Below, piece by piece: positions 1-8,709 of a stretch of 64,000 nucleotides of DNA (positions within the stretch are counted from its first letter, which is position 1; every line of letters starts with the position of its first letter). The notes below the pieces were generated by a model. The model saw nothing but the letters and a program-made list of their open reading frames with translations. It was not told the DNA's origin and searched no databases. The DNA is from Sedimentisphaerales bacterium (GTDB lineage Bacteria; Planctomycetota; Phycisphaerae; Sedimentisphaerales; SM23-30): NCBI GenBank assembly GCA_963666285.1, contig OY762711.1; one strand, written 5' to 3'. Both the position numbers and the translations under genes were made by a program.

Positions 1-143
1 TGGATACGGATTAAATCATCTTTGCTAAATCTTTTAAGTTCATCCTTAACAGACTTGTTATACTGGTTAACGGGTATCGGCTTGAACTCTATCTGGCCGC
101 TTTTACGCATATCTGAAGGATTAACAACTTGACACTTAGGCAT
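1..143 (-). CDS. 5' end of a probable TPP-dependent dehydrogenase E1 component (fused alpha/beta type); runs off the window
   Basis: Not in the ORF track. AGGAG RBS (151-155) then ATG at 143; open frame MPKCQVVNPSDMRKSGQIEFKPIPVNQYNKSVKDELKRFSKDDLIRI. This resembles the N-terminus (MPK...IPVNQY...DLIRI) I recall for fused E1 proteins in sugar clusters; E2 and E3 are nearby. Confidence 0.7.
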   Translation of the reverse strand, partial: MPKCQVVNPSDMRKSGQIEFKPIPVNQYNKSVKDELKRFSKDDLIRI

Positions 144-162
144 TTCTTAACTCCTATAATTA

Positions 163-1917
163 TTATTTAACAATTTTAACACCATCAGGTGCTTCAATAT
201 TAGATTTAACAGTACCATCGGGTAGTTTTTCATGACGAATTTTAATAACCCCCTGCGGTACAGGATAAGTTCCCTCAACCCATTTAAGGTCAACTAAATG
301 AGGTTCAATCTTGACTACTTTACAACCTGGTTCCAGTGGCTTTACACCAAGTACATGCTCGCTAAGCCAGGCGGTAGGACCAGAAGCCCAGCCATGACAT
401 AAGCTATGTCGAAATCCGACATAACAGTAATTACCAAAATCACCATGAATATCTTTTTTGCCTTCAGGCACTAATTCATCAATCGGAACTGCATTATCAG
501 TCCAGTCCAGGTCAAAGTCTTCCCAAAATGTTGTAGCCCCCATATCAAGCATACCACCCCAATATTGACGAATAACATCAAGGCTGCCTTGATAATCCCT
601 GGCTTTCGCTCTTGCCTGTAAAACGTAATAGCCATAAAAAGTAGACATACGTTTTGGACCATCAACAGCCATAACCTCCCGGTTCATTTTTTTGGCACCA
701 GCCAAATCAGCTAATGCCAATAATGCCGCGGCTTGCTTGCTGTCAGCAGGGTCTGGCTTGCAAGTTCGAAGCTTTCGTACAGATTTAAGACACCTGTCTC
801 TGGTATCAACCTCATTTAAAATCGAGCATAACTCTGCACCTTTTTCCAGCGTAATAATTAACAGTGCCTGCAACCCTGCATGCTTAGCCTTAGGATTTGC
901 CTGACTGGGCCAATCAAGAAACCGCATTTCAGGAAGAGTTTCCTGGCCGTCTTCAGCAACAAAACCGGATAATTGATTTAACAAACCAGTAATGTACTCT
1001 TTTTGTTTACTAAGAAAATCGATATCTCCTGTATACAGATAATAATCATGCTGTATAAGCAGCCACCACATAGAATATGAGCTTATTCCATTCATCCATC
1101 CCGGAAGCGGTGTTTCTTCACGAATAAGATCAAGACTGTCTTTAACTATATTTTGCCGGCCAAAGACACACTGAATGGTCATTGTTTCAGGATGCATATC
1201 GCCAATCCAGACAAGGCGGTCACGTTTTATGCCATCCCACAGATAATCCTGCATATTTAGGTGTACAGTATACGCTCCAACCTTCCAAATCTCATTCAAT
1301 CGTTCATCATCACACCTGAACGACCCTTTATATTCTAACGGGCGATAAATAAAGACGGCCCGTACACTTTTGAGCTCTAAGAAACCATCACCTAAATAAT
1401 CGATTCTAACAAAGCGAAAACCGGTATTTCCAATTTCAGCCGTCCCAAGCCATGGAATTATTGTTTCCTGGTCACGAACAGCGTGGTCATTGGTAGGGTT
1501 CTTGCCAACGTACAGACCATCACTCATAGCTTCACTAACCGACTCACCAAATCGCACACGAACCGAAACCGGCTTATTACTTAAACTCCCATTTCGATTG
1601 TTCCAGGCCATAATCTGAATACCGCCGTGCAACTCTTTACCAAAATCAAGAAGAATTGAACCACCTGTATGAAGTGAGCATGGATTTGAAGAGCCAAGTG
1701 TTATCTGTCCTGAACGTTTTAATAAAAGTGCTTCCGAATTATTGACTATATCTTCTCCGGAGGTCCAGACAACACGTGTTGGTACCACATATTCTCTTAC
1801 CCGCGGATCAATATCACCGCCTGCCAGACTAGGCGTAGATGCATTTATTTCGCAAAAACATCCAATTGATAATATCAGCGATAATGAAATAATAATCATG
1901 CGTTTTGTTAAATTCAT
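163..1917 (-). CDS. secreted alpha-L-rhamnosidase (GH78)
   Basis: DGIKRDRLVWIGD, GATTFWE and SLCHGWASGP motifs; signal peptide. Start placed at MNLTKR (1917), after a GGGG RBS. Confidence 0.9.
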   Translation of the reverse strand: MNLTKRMIIISLSLILSIGCFCEINASTPSLAGGDIDPRVREYVVPTRVVWTSGEDIVNNSEALLLKRSGQITLGSSNPCSLHTGGSILLDFGKELHGGIQIMAWNNRNGSLSNKPVSVRVRFGESVSEAMSDGLYVGKNPTNDHAVRDQETIIPWLGTAEIGNTGFRFVRIDYLGDGFLELKSVRAVFIYRPLEYKGSFRCDDERLNEIWKVGAYTVHLNMQDYLWDGIKRDRLVWIGDMHPETMTIQCVFGRQNIVKDSLDLIREETPLPGWMNGISSYSMWWLLIQHDYYLYTGDIDFLSKQKEYITGLLNQLSGFVAEDGQETLPEMRFLDWPSQANPKAKHAGLQALLIITLEKGAELCSILNEVDTRDRCLKSVRKLRTCKPDPADSKQAAALLALADLAGAKKMNREVMAVDGPKRMSTFYGYYVLQARAKARDYQGSLDVIRQYWGGMLDMGATTFWEDFDLDWTDNAVPIDELVPEGKKDIHGDFGNYCYVGFRHSLCHGWASGPTAWLSEHVLGVKPLEPGCKVVKIEPHLVDLKWVEGTYPVPQGVIKIRHEKLPDGTVKSNIEAPDGVKIVK

Positions 1918-1928
1918 ATAACCCCCTA

Positions 1929-2723
1929 TCATCGCTTCACTTCTGATATATTTTCTTGACCGGGATAAACCATTTTCACATTATGAGATCTAAGAAATTC
2001 TTCCCATTCCGAGTCAGGTCTTTCATTTGTTATAATTGTGGATATCTGGTGGAAATCCATGATCTTATATAAAGAAGGCTGACCGAATTTACTGCTATCA
2101 GCAAGTAAAATCAGCTCTGTAGCATTTTTGGCTGCAAAAGAATAGATATGGGCACTGTCAACATCGGATGCGGTAATACCAAAATCCATACCAAGGCCGT
2201 CAGTACCAAGGAAAGCACGATAGCCGCGAAGCTTTTCAAGAACTTCAGCGGCCATAGGGCCTACCGTATCCATTCTGTCCGGGCGATATTGACCGCCAAG
2301 CATGAGAACATTAATAGTAGGAATATTAAGTTCCTGAGCAATCCGGGCAGAGTTGATAATAATCGATAAGTTCCTTTTACTCCTAAGGTAAGGGGTCATC
2401 TGGAAACAAGTGGTACCAGAATCCAGGAATAAATGCTCGCCATCAATTATCATATCGCTGGCAAGCCTGGCGATGGCTTCTTTGGCTTCAACGTTTCTAA
2501 CCGATTTGGACATAAAGGAAAAATCGGTCTTGCGGACAACTGACGCTCCGCCGTGGGTAAGTTCAAGAAGTCCTTCGGCAGCCAAACCATGCAGATCCCT
2601 TCGAACAGTAGCTTCAGAGACGCCAAGCTGGTTGGAAAGCTGTCGTACCATTACATAACCCGCCTGGTATGCCGAAGACAGAATCTGTTCTTTTCGCTGG
2701 TTGATACCCATTTCTTTAGCCAT
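1929..2723 (-). CDS. DeoR/GlpR family transcriptional regulator
   Basis: VSEATVRRDL HTH; LDSGTT; LADSSKF. Confidence 0.95.
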   Translation of the reverse strand: MAKEMGINQRKEQILSSAYQAGYVMVRQLSNQLGVSEATVRRDLHGLAAEGLLELTHGGASVVRKTDFSFMSKSVRNVEAKEAIARLASDMIIDGEHLFLDSGTTCFQMTPYLRSKRNLSIIINSARIAQELNIPTINVLMLGGQYRPDRMDTVGPMAAEVLEKLRGYRAFLGTDGLGMDFGITASDVDSAHIYSFAAKNATELILLADSSKFGQPSLYKIMDFHQISTIITNERPDSEWEEFLRSHNVKMVYPGQENISEVKR

Positions 2724-2914
2724 TTTTCACCTGCATCTATGTCTTATAGTCTTATAAAACAACAACTTGCGTACAATACACTGAAAATAAATTCACTAGA
2801 TTTTCAATGTCGCAAACAATAAGCATTAGCCACAAACAACGTGTAACTGCTTTGTCTAATATATAAAAAACCATAATTTACCCGAAAAATCAACAAAAAA
2901 ATGAAAAAAAATGC

Positions 2915-2949
2915 TTGCTTTATGATTGTTTTTGCAAGATAATCAATCA
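2915..2949 (+). promoter_or_regulatory. sigma70-type promoter of the E2 operon overlapped by a candidate DeoR operator
   Basis: TTGCTT-N17-GATAAT (2915-2943); inverted repeat TGATTG-N15-CAATCA (2923-2949). Confidence 0.5.
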
Positions 2950-3080
2950 CTATAATAAGCGATAGTATCAAAAGGAATGTTAGACATATAATATGACACT
3001 AAGGAATAGTCAGGATACTATATTATAAATTGAAGCACTTATATCACGCTCGAATGAGCAAACTCAACTGTGAGGGTTAA

Positions 3081-5039
3081 ATGTTTTATATCACATTGCC
3101 AAAGAAGCTCCATAAAGCCAGCCAAGTTGTTATATATAAATGGCTTACAGGAGTTGGAGAGAAGATTGAAAAGGGACAAACGCTTTGCGTGGTCCATATC
3201 GGTCAGGAATTATTTGAGATCCAATCAGACATATCAGGCTGCCTTTTGAAGCAAACGGCACCGGCTGGCGGCGTTATTTCAGGTGTCGAGCCGGTTGCAG
3301 TAGTCGGAGAAAAAGGCGAAGACGTATCGATATTGGACAAAAACAGCGATATCAATACTGAAAACAAGGCTGAAAACGCAAAACAGGAAGTAATAGAGAG
3401 TAAAACAGAAACACAATCTGCCCAAGCAACCACAGCGGGAGTCGATAAAATGAGTTCAGAAAGTACAAGCTCAGCAGCGCAAGGTGAAGTTATCCCTATA
3501 CTGATGCCTCAAGCAGGTCAGAGTATGGAAGAAGGAACGATAGTAGCGTGGAAAGTAGCGGAAGGCGACCGAATAGAGGTTGGGCAGATAATCATGGAAA
3601 TCGAGACAGACAAAGCAGTTATGGAAGTAGAAGCTGCGGATGCCGGTCTAGTAGCCAAGATAATAAGCAAAGAAGGCGATATAGTCGAGGTTAAGCAGCC
3701 GGTCGCATTTCTGGCAGAAGAAGGCGTTGACCTGAGCTCTTATACAGGTGTAACAGCAACAAGCGAAGCACCAGCAACAAGCGAAGCACCAGCGGCCAGC
3801 AACGGCGCTACCGCGGCGGCGAACGAAGCCCCTGCGGCGATGCCGGAAGGAGTAACGCCGATTCTGATGCCGCAAGCGGGTCAGAGTATGGAAGAGGGAA
3901 CGATTGTAGCCTGGAAAGTAGCAGAAGGCGACCGCATAGAAGTCGGCCAGGTTATAATGGAAATCGAGACAGATAAAGCAGTTATGGAAGTAGAAGCTGT
4001 TGATGCGGGCCGGGTTGCGAAGATTGTGAGCCAGGAAGGTGATATAGTTGAGGTAAAAGAGCCGGTTGCATACCTGGCAGAAGAAGGCGTAGACGTTGAC
4101 GGCTATATCGCGGCGAGCAGCGGCGGTGCAGCAGGCGTCCAGCCGAGCAGCAGCCACCAGCAAGCGAACAAAGGAAGCGTCGCGTCGGCCAACGGCGAGC
4201 TGAAACAATCGAAATCGCCCGCGCAGCGCACTGAGACGGGTCGCGTCAAGGCCTCGCCGGCCGCGCGGAAGGCAGCTGCCGATGCAGGCATCAACCTGTC
4301 ATCGATCAGTGCCGGGTCCGGGCCGGGTGGTCGCATCCTGTCAACGGATGTAAAAAATGCCAAAATCATCCCATCTGAAGAGGTGGTCATACCACTTACC
4401 AAGATGCGTCGAGCAATTGCCAAGAACCTTCAATATTCGAAACAGACAGTACCACATTTCTATATGAAAGGTACTATTGATGCCGCTAAATTATTTGACA
4501 CTTATAAAGCGACTAAAGAAGAGTTCAAATGCTCAGTGAATGATTTTGTTACCATGGCATGTGCCAAGGCAATACGTCAGTACCCGGCATTCAGGAGTCA
4601 GTATATCGACGACCAGATAGTTGAGAAACCACTGGTGAATATCGGTATAGCGGTTGGAACTGATGACGGGCTGACCGTGCCGGTAGTATGCGATATTGAC
4701 AGGATGACACTAGAGAGATTGGCAGCCAGAACTCGTGAGGTAGTGGAATCGGCACGTAACGGCAAGATGGAAGGTGTCGGCCAGGGCATATTTACAATTA
4801 CGAACCTAGGCATGTTCGGCACAGAAGAATTTTCAGCGATAATCAATCCGCCGGAAGCCGCTATCCTGGCAGTCGGCGCGATTCGTGAAGATATAATAGT
4901 TAAAAACGGTGCGATTATGCCGACACGTGTGATGACAATGACGCTGAGCGTTGACCATAGAGTAATTGACGGCGTATTGGCGGCCCAGTTTATGAATACG
5001 CTTAAAGAGACATTAGAGAATCCAGAAAAGCTCCTATAA
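3081..5039 (+). CDS. dihydrolipoamide acyltransferase (E2) with one degenerate and two intact lipoyl domains
   Basis: two ETDKA lipoyl motifs; ASPAARK...GSGPGGRI E3-binding domain; catalytic DHRVIDG. Confidence 0.95.
   Translation: MFYITLPKKLHKASQVVIYKWLTGVGEKIEKGQTLCVVHIGQELFEIQSDISGCLLKQTAPAGGVISGVEPVAVVGEKGEDVSILDKNSDINTENKAENAKQEVIESKTETQSAQATTAGVDKMSSESTSSAAQGEVIPILMPQAGQSMEEGTIVAWKVAEGDRIEVGQIIMEIETDKAVMEVEAADAGLVAKIISKEGDIVEVKQPVAFLAEEGVDLSSYTGVTATSEAPATSEAPAASNGATAAANEAPAAMPEGVTPILMPQAGQSMEEGTIVAWKVAEGDRIEVGQVIMEIETDKAVMEVEAVDAGRVAKIVSQEGDIVEVKEPVAYLAEEGVDVDGYIAASSGGAAGVQPSSSHQQANKGSVASANGELKQSKSPAQRTETGRVKASPAARKAAADAGINLSSISAGSGPGGRILSTDVKNAKIIPSEEVVIPLTKMRRAIAKNLQYSKQTVPHFYMKGTIDAAKLFDTYKATKEEFKCSVNDFVTMACAKAIRQYPAFRSQYIDDQIVEKPLVNIGIAVGTDDGLTVPVVCDIDRMTLERLAARTREVVESARNGKMEGVGQGIFTITNLGMFGTEEFSAIINPPEAAILAVGAIREDIIVKNGAIMPTRVMTMTLSVDHRVIDGVLAAQFMNTLKETLENPEKLL
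3493..4090 (+). repeat. intragenic duplication of the lipoyl domain (about 3493-3730 and 3856-4090) with an 18-bp tandem repeat (ATSEAP x2, 3754-3793) in the linker
   Basis: near-identical PILMPQAGQSMEEGTIVAWKVAEGDRIEVGQ...ETDKAVMEVEA coding blocks. Confidence 0.9.
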
Positions 5040-5048
5040 TAGCTTTTC

Positions 5049-5112
5049 TAAAAGAGTAAATTGTAAAATAAAAAGTGTAAAGAAGGTGTCCAGCACCGTA
5101 CGGTACAGGACC
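5049..5112 (+). repeat. intergenic heptamer-array/hairpin module A, copy 1
   Basis: taaaagagtaaattgtaaaataaaaagtgtaaagaaggtgtc...gacc; matches 8121, 9878 and 17766. Confidence 0.9.
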
Positions 5113-5120
5113 TTATTTTA

Positions 5121-5238
5121 ATCGGCTGACGCCGAAATAATTTGAACCACTGATACTGAATTAACGCAGAAAAATAACATTAAAAAGAAGACCGCGTGGG
5201 TACTCCTCAGCAAAAGCTTCGGAATTTACCCACCCTAC
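5121..5238 (-). repeat. about 120-bp intergenic repeat ending in a GTAG REP-like hairpin, copy 1
   Basis: atcggctgacg(c/g)cgaaataatttgaac...ctgaattaacgcaga...gcgtgggtactcc...aatttacccaccctac; duplicated at 6721-6844. Confidence 0.9.
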
Positions 5239-5251
5239 AGATGGACTAAAA

Positions 5252-6679
5252 ATGGCAGAACATTATGATATAGCAGTACTCGGAGCGGGACCTGGCGGAT
5301 ATGTGGCAGCGTTGAAAGCAGCACAGATGGGTGCCAAGGTTGCGATAGTAGAGAAACATCATTTCGGCGGCACATGCCTGAACTACGGGTGTATCCCGTC
5401 GAAGGCTTTGCTGGCCTCTGCTGAGATGCTGTATAAGATCCATGACTGCAAATCGCTGGAGATAACAGTCGATGGTAAAGTAAGTTTCGATTGGGATAAG
5501 ATCCAGAAGCGTAAGAATAAAGTTCTGACTAAGCTTCGAGGTGGTATTAAGGGGTTGCTTACAGCTCGCAAGGTTAAGCAGTATGCCGGAAAGGCGGTAC
5601 TGGACGGTGTTGGTAAGGTAAACGTTATCGGCGAGAAAGGTACAGAATCATTTACTGCTGAAAAGATAATCCTGGCGGTAGGTTCTACCCCGGCCCGGAT
5701 ACCAGGCTGGCCGACAAAGCCTGATCTGGTATGCACTTCGGACGAAGCGCTGCACTGGAAAGAGCTGCCGAAGAAGCTGCTGATAGTAGGCGGCGGTGTA
5801 ATCGGTTGTGAGTTTGCGTGCATGATGCACGAATATGGTGTTGAGGTGACGATAGTTGAGCTGATGGATAGCCTGCTGCCAGAGATGGAAAGATCGCTGG
5901 GTGAGACACTGGGCGATGTTTTCCGGAAACGTGGGATGAAGATTTATACCGGTGTAAAGGTTGAGAGCCTGACCGAGGATAAAGGCGGGATAAAAGCCGT
6001 ATTGTCCGGTGATGAAAAACTTGAAGTTCATAAAGTACTGGTTGCTACCGGTAGAAGACCGGCGACCGGCGAGATCGGGCTGGAGACTATCGGGCTGGAG
6101 GCCGAGCGAGGTTTTATAAAAGTTAATGATAAAATGGAGACCGCGGTAAAGGGCTATTACTGTATTGGTGACGCGAACGGTCGATGCCTGCTGGCTCATG
6201 CTGCCAGTGCCCAGGGAGAGGTAGCAGTTGAAAATGCACTTGGCCATGATAAGGCACAGACCAGGCCGATACCAGGTGCGGTATATACGTTCCCTGAGAT
6301 AGCGTCGGTTGGGCTGACAACAAAACAGGCTAAAGAGCGAAATATTCCGATCGCGGTCGGCGAGTTTCCGATTGGATATCTCGGTAAGGCGATGGCGGTT
6401 GGCGAAGAGTTCGGGTTTGTCCGGGTGATCCGCAGCCTGGAAGATGATACGCTGCTGGGCGTACATATGATCGGACATAACGCAACTGAGATAATAGAGA
6501 GTGCCGCGGCGATGCTGACACTTAAGGCGAAGGCGAGCGAGTTGGGCGAGATGATATTTGCCCATCCGACAATATCGGAAGCAGTGAAGGAAGCAGCTGA
6601 AGATTCGTTTGAGAAGGCACTGCATATGCCGCCGAGGAAAATAACAACATTAGTTGCAGATTCAAATAAAGTTGGATAA
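5252..6679 (+). CDS. lpdA: dihydrolipoyl dehydrogenase (E3)
   Basis: GAGPGGY, GGTCLNYGCIPSK, HPTISE. Confidence 0.97.
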   Translation: MAEHYDIAVLGAGPGGYVAALKAAQMGAKVAIVEKHHFGGTCLNYGCIPSKALLASAEMLYKIHDCKSLEITVDGKVSFDWDKIQKRKNKVLTKLRGGIKGLLTARKVKQYAGKAVLDGVGKVNVIGEKGTESFTAEKIILAVGSTPARIPGWPTKPDLVCTSDEALHWKELPKKLLIVGGGVIGCEFACMMHEYGVEVTIVELMDSLLPEMERSLGETLGDVFRKRGMKIYTGVKVESLTEDKGGIKAVLSGDEKLEVHKVLVATGRRPATGEIGLETIGLEAERGFIKVNDKMETAVKGYYCIGDANGRCLLAHAASAQGEVAVENALGHDKAQTRPIPGAVYTFPEIASVGLTTKQAKERNIPIAVGEFPIGYLGKAMAVGEEFGFVRVIRSLEDDTLLGVHMIGHNATEIIESAAAMLTLKAKASELGEMIFAHPTISEAVKEAAEDSFEKALHMPPRKITTLVADSNKVG

Positions 6680-6681
6680 GG

Positions 6682-6713
6682 CATAAGGGAAGGATTTGCC
6701 TTACGGCAAAACT
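6682..6713 (+). repeat. intergenic module C, copy 1
   Basis: cataagggaagga followed by hairpin tttgcc-ttac-ggcaaa; similar to 11723-11753. Confidence 0.7.
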
Positions 6714-6720
6714 AATTTAT

Positions 6721-6844
6721 ATCGGCTGACGGCGAAATAATTTGAACGACAAATAAGACACTGAATTAACGCAGATAAAATAATACAAAAAAGATGACAG
6801 CGTGGGTACTCCGCAAACGAGTCTGCGAAATTTACCCACCCTAC
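6721..6844 (-). repeat. about 120-bp intergenic repeat ending in a GTAG REP-like hairpin, copy 2
   Basis: aligns with 5121-5238. Confidence 0.9.
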
Positions 6845-6860
6845 AAAAGGAAAAAGATAG

Positions 6861-8123
6861 ATGGCTGGAACTGAATCTACAAACGGATTCTTAAAGAATA
6901 TTGGGTCAACCGAAGCAATCAAGGCAGAGGCGGGAAATAGCCCGGCCCTGGCAAAGCCTATCGTATCTAACAGTCATATCCATATCCCGCCGAACTTTTC
7001 AGCGTTTGAAACAATCGGTCAGGCGGTTGAGCTGGCGGCGAATGAAGGGATCAATGTTTTGGGGACCGGTAACTATTATGACTTTTCGGTCTATAAAGGG
7101 TTTGCCGATGAATGCCTGGCGAAGAATATCTTTCCGCTGTTCAGTACTGAGATAATCGCGTTGGAGAAAGAGCTGCAGGCGGAAAATATCCGGGTGAACG
7201 ATCCGGGTAACCCTGGTAAATATTATATCTGCGGTAAGAGTATAACGAAATTTGAAGAGTTTACGCCGAGAGCGGCTGAGCTTAACAAGCGGATCCGTGA
7301 TAATGACGCCCTGCGTATGACAGAGATGGCTGCGAAGATGGCGGACTATTTTGCCGGGTTCGGGGTTGATACCAAGCTGGACGATCAGGCGGTAATAGCA
7401 CGAGTTGTGAAACGGCATAACTGCAAGCCTGAAACGGTGACCCTGCAGGAGCGGCATCTGGCACAGGCGTTTCAGGAAGTGTTCTTTGAGCTGGTCGATG
7501 CCGATAGCAGAGCAGCTAAACTGGCAGAGATATTTGGTACCGAACCTAAAGCTGACATTAATGATGCGGTTGGAATCCAGAATGAGATCCGGTCGTATCT
7601 GATGAAGGCCGGTAAGCCATGCTTCGTGGAAGAGTCGTTTGTGACACTGGCCGAAGCGCAGGAATATATCGAAGAGCTGGGCGGGATATCATGTTACCCG
7701 ACGCTGGCGGACGGGTCTAAGGTACCGTGCGAGTATGAAACGCCGGTTGAAAATCTGATCGATACACTAAAGAAGAGTAATTTCCCGATGCTGGAGTTCA
7801 TCCCGAACCGTAATACGCCGGAGGTACTGGAGCAGTATGTAACAGCGGTTCGTAATGCAGGGCTGGTAGTGATAGCCGGGACCGAACATAATACACTGGC
7901 ACTGGACCCGCTTGAACCGAAATGTGTGGGCGGAAAAGATATCCCGGCTAAGGTTCAGGAGATCTTCCATGAAGGTATCTGCGTGCTGGCGGCTCATCAG
8001 TTTTTGTGTGCGAACGGCGAAGCAGGGTTTCCGCAGAGATATAAAGACGCATCGGATAAAGAAAGCGTGATCGAAGAGTTCAGAAAGATAGGAACTGTAG
8101 TTTTGAACAGAAATAACATTTAA
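6861..8123 (+). CDS. PHP-domain (metal-dependent phosphoesterase fold) protein
   Basis: N-terminal NSHIH, STE and C-terminal GTEHN metal-ligand pattern. Confidence 0.7.
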   Translation: MAGTESTNGFLKNIGSTEAIKAEAGNSPALAKPIVSNSHIHIPPNFSAFETIGQAVELAANEGINVLGTGNYYDFSVYKGFADECLAKNIFPLFSTEIIALEKELQAENIRVNDPGNPGKYYICGKSITKFEEFTPRAAELNKRIRDNDALRMTEMAAKMADYFAGFGVDTKLDDQAVIARVVKRHNCKPETVTLQERHLAQAFQEVFFELVDADSRAAKLAEIFGTEPKADINDAVGIQNEIRSYLMKAGKPCFVEESFVTLAEAQEYIEELGGISCYPTLADGSKVPCEYETPVENLIDTLKKSNFPMLEFIPNRNTPEVLEQYVTAVRNAGLVVIAGTEHNTLALDPLEPKCVGGKDIPAKVQEIFHEGICVLAAHQFLCANGEAGFPQRYKDASDKESVIEEFRKIGTVVLNRNNI

Positions 8124-8194
8124 AAGAGTAAAGTGTAAAATAAAAAGTGTAAAGAAGGTGTCGCTAGCGCGACCTTGTTTTAAAGCTGACGCAA
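8121..8194 (+). repeat. module A, copy 2 (left flank of the four-helix-bundle gene)
   Basis: taaaagagtaaagtgtaaaataaaaagtgtaaagaaggtgtcgctagcgcgacc...gctgacgcaa then ATG. Confidence 0.9.
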
Positions 8195-8557
8195 ATGGAA
8201 AAACTATCCGACAGGACAAAAGAATTTGCAATTAGAATTATAAAATTATGCCAGGTAATAGATTCCAAACCTGGCATAGGAAAGCTGCTATGTAAACAAT
8301 TGCTTCGATCTGGTACATCAATTGGAGCAAATATTGCTGAAAGTGAAGGAGCACAAAGCGATGCTGACTATCTGACAAAATGCAGCATTGCCGTAAAAGA
8401 AGCTCGAGAGACCCAATATTGGCTTGACCTTCTAATACAGTCAGAAATAATAAATGAGAACAGACCAAAAGATATTAAACAAGAAAGCGACGAAATAGTT
8501 GCTATCTTAACTACTATTTGTAAGAAAATGAAAGATAAGCATAACGCTAAAGTGTAA
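8195..8557 (+). CDS. four-helix-bundle protein (23S rRNA IVS protein / TIGR02436 family, Avd-like fold)
   Basis: RTKEFAIRII...QLLRSGTSIGANIAE...AVKEARETQYWLDLL signature. Confidence 0.93.
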   Translation: MEKLSDRTKEFAIRIIKLCQVIDSKPGIGKLLCKQLLRSGTSIGANIAESEGAQSDADYLTKCSIAVKEARETQYWLDLLIQSEIINENRPKDIKQESDEIVAILTTICKKMKDKHNAKV

Positions 8558-8632
8558 AGAAGGTATAATGCCGCGGAGCGGCAAGTGAAGAGAAGAACTA
8601 AGAGCGAAGAGTTGCGGTGTTGCTTCGCGACC
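8549..8632 (+). repeat. right flank of the four-helix-bundle gene: 16-bp direct repeat plus module B
   Basis: aaagtgtaaagaaggt (8549-8564, identical to 8144-8159); agtgaagagaagaactaagagcgaagagttgcggtgttgcttcgcgacc matches 9821-9872. Confidence 0.88.
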
Positions 8633-8709
8633 AAATTTTATCGCTCACATGTGTTCGCGAATAAATAAGAATAAAAGATTAACGCAAAACAGGATTTGAA
8701 AGATTAAAG

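Noticed and set aside
3493..4090. Lipoyl-domain duplicates as a TR/VR pair
   Set aside because: Differences are mostly synonymous and not adenine-restricted; this is an ordinary domain duplication.
5648..6625. 325-aa antisense ORF and similar shadow ORFs (e.g. 59622-60344, 49835-50497)
   Set aside because: They lie opposite well-supported genes and have no recognisable motifs.
8195..8557. Diversity-generating retroelement (Avd-like gene plus hairpins)
   Set aside because: No reverse transcriptase and no TR/VR pair with adenine-specific mismatches in the window.
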